Below are positions 19,031 through 27,639 of a DNA stretch of 64,000 nucleotides, piece after piece. Position 1 is the first letter of the stretch. Every line of letters begins with the position of its first letter. The notes under the pieces are model-generated. The model was given only the letters and a program-made list of their open reading frames with translations. It was not told the origin of the DNA and did not search any database. The stretch is from Thermoanaerobaculia bacterium (GTDB taxonomy: Bacteria > Acidobacteriota > Thermoanaerobaculia > UBA5066): positions 1 to 64,000 of the forward strand of contig JBBRRY010000011.1 in NCBI GenBank assembly GCA_038245905.1, written 5' to 3'. Position numbers and translations under genes: made by a program.

Positions 19031-20389
19031 TCAGACCCGCCGCACGTCGTCCCGCGCGAGGGAATTCTCGAGCCACTGATTCGAGAGCTTTTCCTCGAGC
19101 GTGTTCTGAGAGAGACGAGCGCGCAGATTCTCCCAGTCCATCTCGTCGAGCTTCTGGTCCTGGTTGAAGCACGAAAAGACAAACGATTCCTTCTTCGTGA
19201 CGGGGTCCACGTGGCGCTGAAGGCACTGGGCGCAGACCTCTTTCATCATGCACTGCATCGGAGAATTGATCGACCCGATGCCCACGTGCAAGGGGGAAAG
19301 ATGCGGCGCCAGGACGCCGTGACGCGCGGCCGCGGATGAGGTTGTTCTTCACCTCCACGAGCGTCGGCTTCCCGGCGCCCGCCGCGACTGCGACGTGGTC
19401 GAACCCGAGATCGAAGGCCTGCTCGTGCGTGAGCGTGCCGCCGAAGCCCGTCAGGGTACGCTCGTCGAGACGGCGGAAGAGCGTCTTCGCATCGCGGATC
19501 AGCTTCGGCGGGCGGGCGTCCGTGCCCGTCAGCTCATCCGGGAGGGGCTCGATCTTCAGACCGTCGATCGCGACGACGGCGAAGCCCTCGTTCAGGAGAT
19601 GGTGGGTGACGGTGTAGCCGGCGGGGCCGAGCCCCACCACGAGGACGTTCTTGCCGTTGTACGGGAGCGCATACGGGCGGGACGCGTTGAGCGGGTTCCA
19701 GCGCGCGAGGAGCGACCAGATCTCGAATCCCCAGGGCAGTGCGAGTACGTCCGTGAGGACCCCCGTCTCACGAAGGCCTCGGCCCATTCCTTCACGAGCG
19801 CGGCGTCGTCCGCGGGGACCGGAAGGGACATCCCGGCCGCCCGCGCGCGCAGGTGGGCGAGACGCTCGTGCGCGGCCTCGGGCGTGTAGGAGGCGTCCCT
19901 GGAACGTGGAGACGCGAGTGAGCCCGCGAGGTCGAAGAGATCCCATCCCGCCCGGGCGACGCGCCTTTCCTCGTCGGCGGGGTCGAGGCCGGCCGAGAAG
20001 ACGGCGACGAGCGCGCGTCCGCGCGCCTCGACAGCGCCCGAATCGAGGGAGGCGATCGACGCGGCATCCGGAAACTTTCGGGCCGTGCGTTTCTGGAAGA
20101 CGGAAAAACGGAACTTGAAGAGGACGGCCTCGTCCTGGACGCGCGCCCGGGCGGCGTCGCGCTCGCCGGAAACGCCGAAGAGCTCCGCGACGAATTCAGC
20201 GAGCGACCTGCTGGCCTCGACGAGGAGGGCCGAGCGCTCCACGGGAGCGAACGGCTCGTGCGCGCGATACCGCGCAAAGCGCGCCGCAAGCGACGGGCGC
20301 TCCCGCGAGAGCCGTTCGAGGAAGAGGGTGTCGAGGTCGCGGAGACGGTTCGGAAGAAACAGGTCGTGATCCGAGAAGCCGAAGTTCAT
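19031..20389 (-). pseudogene. Internally deleted and frameshifted large FAD/NAD(P)-dependent Fe-S oxidoreductase
   Basis: Three frames carry consecutive family segments: MNFGFSDHDLF...; ETGVLTDVLALPWGFEI...RWNPLN...VLVVGLGPAG; ARHGVLAPHL...GSINSPMQCMMKEVCAQC...FSCFNQDQ. Confidence 0.8.
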
Positions 20390-20414
20390 GGAGGGAGGAT
20401 AAACTGAGTTTCCA
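20390..20414. promoter_or_regulatory. Overlapping divergent -10 elements
   Basis: Minus-strand TATCCT (20396-20401) is 6 nt from ATG 20389. Plus-strand TAAACT (20400-20405) is 9 nt from GTG 20415. Confidence 0.5.
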
Positions 20415-23270
20415 GTGACTCGGGACGACCGCGGCGTCATCGATCCGGGCGCCATTCGCGACCGGTTCCTCTCGGAGTTCGCCCTCGCGCTCGTCGAGGG
20501 CGTTCAGCTTCAGGAGTTTCTGGACTGGTCGGTCGCGCAGATCGGCCGCATCCTCGAGGTCGATCGCCTGACGCTGTTCCTCTTCGGTCCGGGCCCTCCG
20601 AGCGAGAGTCTCGCCGCGCGAGCGTCCTGGGCCGCCGACGGCGTCGAGCCCGTGCCGGTCACGATCCCACTCTCCGAGCACACCGTCTCGTTGAAGCTGA
20701 AGCGGTTCGAGCCCGTGGTCATCGAGGACGTGGCGGCGTCGCCCGATCTGGGCGAGATCGGAGACGCGCTGCGCGGCCTTGGAACAAAATCGGTCCTTGC
20801 CGTTCCCATCGGAATCGACGGGGCCCTCCGGGGCTTTGTGGCGGCGGCCAGGGTGCGGGAATGTCGAGCGTGGCAGCCCGAAGACGTCGCGTTCCTCGAA
20901 TCGGCCGTTCATCACCTGTCCGCGGCGCTCAAGCAGACGGAGCTCGTCGAAGAGCTCGGCAGGGAGCGCGACCGCCTTTCGGTGCTCTTCGACCTCGCCT
21001 CCGCCGTCCAGCGTTCCACGACGGTGAACGACGTTGTCGAGACGGCCCTCTCCGGCCTGCGTGACACCCTGCTCTTTCCCATTGGCGTCTTCACGCTCAT
21101 CTCGCCGGAAGGGGACGCCGTCATCGGGCTCGGGGGCTACGGCGGCACCGACCCGGGCGATTTCGCCGGCCGCATTCCCCTGACGCCGGAACGCCCGACC
21201 GTCTCCTTCCGCGTCCTCGAGTCGGGCCAGCCGCTCATCGTGAACGACGTCGAGGAGGAGCCGGAAGGCCCGTCGAAGGAGCGATTTCGGTACCTCGGTG
21301 CCTGCTCGTTCGGGGTCTTTCCGATGCGCTCGGCGGGGAAGACGATCGGAGTCATGAGCGTGGCGAGCCGGGACACGTCGCGCCGGATCGAGTTCGACGA
21401 CGTGGAGACGCTTCAGTCCCTCGCGGACTTCGTGGGCGTCGCGCTCGAGCAGCGCCGCTCGGCCGACGCCGTGGTGGAGGCGATGCGCGAGGCCCGAAGC
21501 CTGGCCGAGGCCTCCCACGCCCTTCTGACGCGCACGGCCGACCGCCAGGTTTTACTCGATCAGATCCTCGACGCCCTCGCGCATCACTTCGGCCACGAGG
21601 CGTGCTCGCTCCTCCTCGCCGACCACGGCCGGGGCGTGCTCGTCCAGATCGGCCGGCGCGGCCAGTGGTGGTCGCCGGTCGACCCCGTCTCCGTGATTCC
21701 TCTCGACGCGCCCGGTCTCATCCCGCGCGCCGCGCGGACCGGGCGCACCGTGAACGTGCCAGACGTCGCGAGCGAACCGGACTACGTGGTGGGCTGGCCC
21801 GACGCGCGCTCGGAGCTCGTCGTCCCCTTGATCCTCGACGAGCGGGTCGTCGGCGTCTTCGACCTCCAGTCGGGACGCCCGAATGCGTTCTCGGACGCGG
21901 ATGCCCGCACGATCCGTTCGTTCGCGGAACGCGCCGCCCTCGCACTTCGGCTTTCGGAGCTCGTCGGATCGCTGGAGAATCGCACGCGGGTTCTCGAGAC
22001 GGTCACGCGGGCGACGCAGCTCCTCAACTTTCGGCTCCACGCGCCGGACGTTCTCACCTCGGTCGTCGAAGAGACGACGCGCGCGTTTCCGGCCGCCGAC
22101 GGCTGCGTCGCGTGGGTGTGCGACGCCGAGGGCACGAGCCTGTCCGTCGCGGCGGCGGACGGGCTCGGCGCCATGACGCAGCGCACGGCGGGGACGTCAC
22201 CACATCCGCTTTCGGGTCTGAAGTGCGCGGGGCGGGCCTTCCTCGAGAACCGTGTCGTCTCCGTCCAGGTCGAGGGCTTCGACGAGCTTGCTGAAGGGTG
22301 GGATGCGGGTGCACGCGCCCGCGCGCGGTCCGCGGTCGAGAACGCGGACGCACACTCCCTCCTGGCCGTCCCGATCCGTGTTGGCGACCATCGGCTCGGC
22401 GTCCTCGAGGTGCTGGCGATCGAACGCGATGCCTTTACGGCGGAAGACGGTGAAACGCTCGCGCTTCTCGCCGAGCAGTCCGCGATCGCGCTCAGGAATG
22501 CGCGCCTCATCGAAGAGCTCCAGAAAAGCAACCGGCTGAAAGACGATTTTCTCGCGAACCTCTCCCACGAGATCCGGACGCCCCTGACGGGAATCGTGGG
22601 CTGGGCGGAGGTCCTCCTCGACTCCAATCGCGAGGACCCGGAAGCGCGCCGCGCGCTGGAGGCCATCTTGGGTCAGGCCGATACACTGAGCCGGATGCTG
22701 GCCGACCTGATCGATCTCTCCCGGATCGACAATTTCGGCATGGAGCTCCGACGCGGCCTCGTGGCGATTCCCGACATCCTCGCCGCCGCGCTCGACGCGG
22801 TGACTCCGGGCGCCCGGCGTAAGGGCGTCACGATTCACTGCGCGCTCGATCCGGCGCTGCCGGGCGTGGAGGGCGACGCGGGACGCCTCAAGCAGGTGCT
22901 CTGGAATCTCCTCGCCAACGGCGTCAAGTTCACGCCCTCCGGTGGGACCGTCCGCGTGATCGGGCAACGGGTTCCGGGCGGAGGCCTGGAGATCGCAGTC
23001 GAGGACGAGGGACACGGCATCGACGCTGAGTTTCTTCCCCTGGTCTTCGAGCGATTCCGGCAGGAGGAGACCTCGGCGAACCGGCGCTTCGGCGGTCTCG
23101 GGATTGGCCTCGCGATCGCGCGCGCCATCGTGCTTGCGCATGGCGGAACGATCGTCGCCGAGAGCGAAGGACGTGAGCGCGGAAGCCGGTTCCGCGTCAC
23201 CTTTCCGCCCGACCGGGTCGTTCCGCTTCCGAGCGACGCGAGCCGCGGAAAACAGGGGGTGGCGCGATGA
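20415..23270 (+). CDS. Multi-GAF sensor histidine kinase
   Basis: About four GAF-like repeats. H-box LSHEIRTPL, N-box NLLANGVKFT, DEGHGI, GGLGIGL. Confidence 0.92.
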   Translation: MTRDDRGVIDPGAIRDRFLSEFALALVEGVQLQEFLDWSVAQIGRILEVDRLTLFLFGPGPPSESLAARASWAADGVEPVPVTIPLSEHTVSLKLKRFEPVVIEDVAASPDLGEIGDALRGLGTKSVLAVPIGIDGALRGFVAAARVRECRAWQPEDVAFLESAVHHLSAALKQTELVEELGRERDRLSVLFDLASAVQRSTTVNDVVETALSGLRDTLLFPIGVFTLISPEGDAVIGLGGYGGTDPGDFAGRIPLTPERPTVSFRVLESGQPLIVNDVEEEPEGPSKERFRYLGACSFGVFPMRSAGKTIGVMSVASRDTSRRIEFDDVETLQSLADFVGVALEQRRSADAVVEAMREARSLAEASHALLTRTADRQVLLDQILDALAHHFGHEACSLLLADHGRGVLVQIGRRGQWWSPVDPVSVIPLDAPGLIPRAARTGRTVNVPDVASEPDYVVGWPDARSELVVPLILDERVVGVFDLQSGRPNAFSDADARTIRSFAERAALALRLSELVGSLENRTRVLETVTRATQLLNFRLHAPDVLTSVVEETTRAFPAADGCVAWVCDAEGTSLSVAAADGLGAMTQRTAGTSPHPLSGLKCAGRAFLENRVVSVQVEGFDELAEGWDAGARARARSAVENADAHSLLAVPIRVGDHRLGVLEVLAIERDAFTAEDGETLALLAEQSAIALRNARLIEELQKSNRLKDDFLANLSHEIRTPLTGIVGWAEVLLDSNREDPEARRALEAILGQADTLSRMLADLIDLSRIDNFGMELRRGLVAIPDILAAALDAVTPGARRKGVTIHCALDPALPGVEGDAGRLKQVLWNLLANGVKFTPSGGTVRVIGQRVPGGGLEIAVEDEGHGIDAEFLPLVFERFRQEETSANRRFGGLGIGLAIARAIVLAHGGTIVAESEGRERGSRFRVTFPPDRVVPLPSDASRGKQGVAR

Positions 23271-24820
23271 GCGCGCAGGCCTTCGCACTTCTCGAGGAGC
23301 GCCTCCGTCGGGCCGAGGAACGGATCGCCGCGCTGAACCGGATCGGCATCGCGCTTTCCGCGGAGAGGGATCTCGAGAAGCTGCTCGAGACGATCCTGAC
23401 GGAATCGCGGCGATTTTCCTACTCGGAGGCGGGCAGCCTCTACCTCGCGGAGGAATCGCCCGAAGGCCGCCGTCTGCGCTTCAAGCTCGCGCAAAACGAT
23501 GCCGTCTCCTTCGCGTTCCAGGAGCGCACGGTGCCCGTGGACGAGTCGAGCCTCGCGGGCTGGGTCGCCGTGAACCGCGTGCCGATGGTCCTCGCGGACG
23601 CCTACGCGATCCCTGAGGGAACCCCGATCAAGCACAACCACGCGTTCGACGAGGCGACGGGTTTCCGGACGCGCGCGATGCTCGTCGTGCCGATGAACGA
23701 CCACCAAGGCGACCTCGTCGGTGTCCTCCAGCTCATGAATCGCGTGGGGGCGGCCGGACCGGAGGAGTATCCGGAGGACCTCGTCCCGCTTCTCCTCTCG
23801 CTCGCGACGCAGGCGGCGGTATGCCTCAAGGCGAACCAGCTCACGGCGTCGATCCGGCGGCTCTTCGAAGATTTTGCGCAGGCGGCCATCGTCGCCGTGG
23901 AGCAGCGTGACCCGACGACGGCGGGACACAGCAATCGGGTCGCGACGCTCACCGTCGAGATGGCGGGGCTCGTCGACCGCGCCGCGGACGGCCCTTTTGC
24001 ATCCGTGTCCTTCTCGCGCGAGGAGATGCGCGAGATCTTCACGGCGGCTCTCCTGCACGATTTCGGGAAGATTTCGATCCCGGAGCGCGTCCTCGTCAAG
24101 GCGAAGAAGCTGTCGGAGGAAGGACTCGGAAAGATCCGTGACCGATTCGACATTTCGCTCGCGGCCGCCGAGGCGGCGGAGGCGCGCGCCCTCCTCGAGA
24201 GGCGGGCCCGGGACGGGGGCCGCGTGAGCGAAGCGGAGCTCGAGGCGTTGGACGCCGCGGCACGGGAGCGCGCCCTGGAGTTCGAGGGGCTTTTCGACGA
24301 GATCGTCGCCGCGAACGAGCCGACCGTGATGCCGAAGGACGCGCGGGGCCGGCTCGAGGCGCTCCTGAGCCGGCGCACGCGCGCGCGCCGCGGCCAGGAA
24401 ACGACGCTCCTTCTTCCGGAAGAATTTCGCTTCCTGTCCATCACGCAGGGGAGCCTCTCGGAGGAAGAGCGCCGTGCCATCGAAAGCCACGTCTCCCACA
24501 CGTGGCGGTTTCTCTCCACGATTCCGTGGACGGTGGACCTGGCCCGCGTGCCCGAGATCGCGTACGCCCACCACGAGAAGCTCGACGGAACGGGCTATCC
24601 CCGCGGGCTCTTTCGGAAGGACATTCCGCCTGCCGCGCGCGCCCTTTCCGTGTGCGACGTTTACGATGCATTGACCGCGTCCGACCGGCCGTACAAGAAG
24701 GCCGTTCCACGCGAGGCCGCGCTCTCGATCCTCGAAGGAGAGGCGAAGCACGACCGGCTCGACACATGGATGGTCTCGGCGTTCATCGAAGGAAAGATCT
24801 GGAAGGCGCTCGCGCCCTGA
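23267..24820 (+). CDS. GAF plus HD-GYP cyclic dinucleotide phosphodiesterase
   Basis: ATGA-coupled to the kinase. RDPTTAGHS, LLHDFGK, HHEKLDGTGYP, DVYDALT..DRPYK. Confidence 0.9.
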   Translation: MSAQAFALLEERLRRAEERIAALNRIGIALSAERDLEKLLETILTESRRFSYSEAGSLYLAEESPEGRRLRFKLAQNDAVSFAFQERTVPVDESSLAGWVAVNRVPMVLADAYAIPEGTPIKHNHAFDEATGFRTRAMLVVPMNDHQGDLVGVLQLMNRVGAAGPEEYPEDLVPLLLSLATQAAVCLKANQLTASIRRLFEDFAQAAIVAVEQRDPTTAGHSNRVATLTVEMAGLVDRAADGPFASVSFSREEMREIFTAALLHDFGKISIPERVLVKAKKLSEEGLGKIRDRFDISLAAAEAAEARALLERRARDGGRVSEAELEALDAAARERALEFEGLFDEIVAANEPTVMPKDARGRLEALLSRRTRARRGQETTLLLPEEFRFLSITQGSLSEEERRAIESHVSHTWRFLSTIPWTVDLARVPEIAYAHHEKLDGTGYPRGLFRKDIPPAARALSVCDVYDALTASDRPYKKAVPREAALSILEGEAKHDRLDTWMVSAFIEGKIWKALAP

Positions 24821-25485
24821 AAGCGGCGGCCGCGGCGACGCTCGCCGCCGCGCTCCTCCTCGCGCGGCCCGCAGATTCGGCGCCCGCGAGGTGGCATTTC
24901 GTCTTTGGGCGGGAATGGGAGATTTCGATTCTCTTCGAAAGGGAAGAGGCGGGGGACCGCACGCGCCTTCTCGTCCGCGCCGCCGCGGGCCGCTTCGAGC
25001 TTCTTTCGGAGCAGAATCCCTCGGGTCGGGATTCGACCGAGAGCATCCGGCGCCTTCCGGACGGCGAGACGTTCACCCGGCGACTCGTTCTCTCGACCTT
25101 CGAAGAAATACCCCCGTGCGCTTCGGTCCGCGCCCCCGACGCGTGCGTCATTTTCACCGGCGCGAACGGGTCCTTTGGCGCGCCGATCTCCGTCTTCGCG
25201 GGCGAGGCCGGGGCTCCCTTCCGGCGGCGCGCCGCCGGCCTCGTCTCCATGGAGATGCGCGATGCGCTTTTCGGCCTCGCGCCTCTCCTTCCCGCGGTCG
25301 CCGAGTTCGGCTCCTACGGGAAGGACTTTCTCGGTTTCGTCTGGCCGGAGCGCTTCACGAAGCCGCAGTCTCTCCGCAAGGGCGAACGCGCGAAGGGCTG
25401 CGCGTTCGACGTGGAGTTCGGCTTTCCGTGCGCCCCGGAGGACCTTGCCCGCGAAACGAAGCGGTTCGCGCGCGTCGACCGGTAG
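24817..25485 (+). CDS. Secreted hypothetical protein; probable CTG start
   Basis: CTG at 24817 overlaps the upstream TGA and begins (M)KAAAAATLAAALLLARPADSA, a signal-peptide-like sequence. The ORF fills the gap to the next gene. Confidence 0.6.
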   Translation: MKAAAAATLAAALLLARPADSAPARWHFVFGREWEISILFEREEAGDRTRLLVRAAAGRFELLSEQNPSGRDSTESIRRLPDGETFTRRLVLSTFEEIPPCASVRAPDACVIFTGANGSFGAPISVFAGEAGAPFRRRAAGLVSMEMRDALFGLAPLLPAVAEFGSYGKDFLGFVWPERFTKPQSLRKGERAKGCAFDVEFGFPCAPEDLARETKRFARVDR

Positions 25486-25510
25486 GAGTGCGGGGTAATC
25501 TCCCGGCGGT

Positions 25511-27616
25511 ATGAGCGACGACGCGCCCGCTCCGCGGAAATACGTCCTCAGGCGCACCGCGCCGGCGAAGAGCTACCGCGTCGACTACGCGCGGGAGCTG
25601 AACGAGGAGCAGAAGGCAGTCGTTTTCGCGTCCGACGGGCCGACGCTCGTCGTCGCGGGCGCGGGCTCGGGCAAGACGCGCACGCTCGTCTATCGTGTCT
25701 CGCGCCTCATCGAGGACGGCGCCGACCCCGCGTCGCTCCTCCTTCTCACCTTCACGAACCGCGCCGCGAAGGAGATGAAGCGCCGCGTCGAGACGCTGAT
25801 CGGCGCCGACCTGAACCGCGCGACGGCCGGGACGTTCCATTCTGTGGCTGCGCACCTGCTGCGCCCTCACGCCGAGCTCCTCGGCTACAAGGCCAACTTC
25901 ACGATCCTCGACTCGGAGGACACGAAAGACCTTCTGGAATCCGCGACCTCCGACATCGGCGTGCCCGTCACCGAACGGCGCTTTCCGAAGGGGGACCTGC
26001 TGCGGGCGATCGTGTCGCTCTGCGTGAACACGGGACGGCCTCTCGACGACGTGATCGCCGCCGAACATCCGCACTTCTTGCCGCAGATCGAGTCGATCCG
26101 GACTGTCGTGCACCGCTATCTCGAGCGCAAGGTCGCCGCGAACGGCATGGACTACGACGACCTCCTCCTGAACTGGAAGAGGCTCATGCTCGAGCGCCCC
26201 GAAATCCGGAAACACCTCGGCGCGCGCTTCCGGCACGTCCTCGTGGACGAGTACCAGGACGTCAACCACCTCCAGGCCGATCTCGTCGACCTCGTCGTGC
26301 AGGATGTCGCGGCGCCGAACGTGATGGTCGTGGGCGACGACGCGCAGTCCATCTACTCATTTCGCGGAGCGGACTTCGAGGCGCTCCTCGGTTTTCCCAC
26401 CCGGCATCCGGGGACGCGGATTTTCTCCCTCGAGACGAACTACCGCTCGACACCCGAGATCCTGCGCCTCGCGGATGCGTCCATCGCGCACAACACGCGC
26501 CGTTTCGAGAAGACGCTTCGCGCCACGCGCGGAAGCGGAGTGCCCGTGGCGGTCGTCGGCACGTCGGACGTCTCCCAGCAGGCCGAATTCGTGGCCCAGC
26601 GCGTCCTCGAGCTGCGCGACGAGGGGACGCCGCTCGCCGAGATCGCAGTCCTCTACCGCGCGCACCATCAGGCGCTGGAGCTGCAGATCGAGCTGACCCG
26701 TCGCGGGATTCCGTACGAGATCCGGTCGGGCATGCGTTTCTTCGAGCAGCAGCACGTGAAAGACGTGCTCGCGTACCTGCGCCTTCTCGTGAACCCGAAG
26801 GAAGAGACGGCCTTCAAGCGCATCCTCAAGCTGCTGCCGAAGGTGGGAGAGCGCACCGCGGCGACTCTCTGGACCGCCGTCGCGGACACGCCGGACCCGG
26901 TCGGTTCCTTCCTACGCCTCGACCTCCGGAAGGCTCCAGCCGGGGCGCAAGGCGCGCTCAAGAAGCTCGCCTCCACGCTCGAATCGCTTCGGCGGCCTTC
27001 GCTTCTTTCGGCGCCGGCCGAGGCGATCCGTTTCGTCGTGGACGAAGGCGGTTACGCGGACGTCGCGAAGACGAAGTTCGAGAACCACCAGGCCCGGCTC
27101 GACGACCTCGAGGCCCTCGCGCAGTTCGCGCTGCCGTACGACAGCGTCGAGAGCTTCCTCGAGGAGGTCACGCTCTTCGGCGAGCCCACAGGCGAGACCG
27201 TGATCGCCGGCGATGCGGAAGACGAGCGGCTCGTGCTCTCCTCGATCCATCAGGCGAAAGGGCTCGAATGGCGCGCCGTGTTCGTCCTCGGGCTCATCGA
27301 AGACCGCTTCCCGAACGTCCGGGCGGCCCGGACGTCCGAGGGCCTCGAGGAGGAGCGGCGCCTCTTCTACGTCGCGGCGACCCGCGCGAAGGACGAGCTC
27401 CTCCTCGTCCACCCGCTCGCCGCGTTCGACCGTTTCGGCATCGTCGTCGTGACCGAACCAAGCCGTTTTCTCCGGGAGCTGCCCGAGGATCTCTTCGAGC
27501 GCTGGGTGCTCGAGCCGGGCCCGCCTCTTCCCGCGTTGGAGGGGCCGAAGGCTCCCCGTCTCGCCGTGGCCGACGACCCGACGCTTGAGCCGGACGAGGA
27601 CGGGCCCGTCAACTAG
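25511..27616 (+). CDS. UvrD/PcrA/Rep-family ATP-dependent DNA helicase
   Basis: AGAGSGKT, TFTNRAA, VDEYQD, VGDDAQSIYSFRGA, NYRS, HQAKGLE, EERRLFYVAATRA. Confidence 0.93.
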   Translation: MSDDAPAPRKYVLRRTAPAKSYRVDYARELNEEQKAVVFASDGPTLVVAGAGSGKTRTLVYRVSRLIEDGADPASLLLLTFTNRAAKEMKRRVETLIGADLNRATAGTFHSVAAHLLRPHAELLGYKANFTILDSEDTKDLLESATSDIGVPVTERRFPKGDLLRAIVSLCVNTGRPLDDVIAAEHPHFLPQIESIRTVVHRYLERKVAANGMDYDDLLLNWKRLMLERPEIRKHLGARFRHVLVDEYQDVNHLQADLVDLVVQDVAAPNVMVVGDDAQSIYSFRGADFEALLGFPTRHPGTRIFSLETNYRSTPEILRLADASIAHNTRRFEKTLRATRGSGVPVAVVGTSDVSQQAEFVAQRVLELRDEGTPLAEIAVLYRAHHQALELQIELTRRGIPYEIRSGMRFFEQQHVKDVLAYLRLLVNPKEETAFKRILKLLPKVGERTAATLWTAVADTPDPVGSFLRLDLRKAPAGAQGALKKLASTLESLRRPSLLSAPAEAIRFVVDEGGYADVAKTKFENHQARLDDLEALAQFALPYDSVESFLEEVTLFGEPTGETVIAGDAEDERLVLSSIHQAKGLEWRAVFVLGLIEDRFPNVRAARTSEGLEEERRLFYVAATRAKDELLLVHPLAAFDRFGIVVVTEPSRFLRELPEDLFERWVLEPGPPLPALEGPKAPRLAVADDPTLEPDEDGPVN

Positions 27617-27639
27617 AGGCCGAGGCTAAGATCAAAGGC

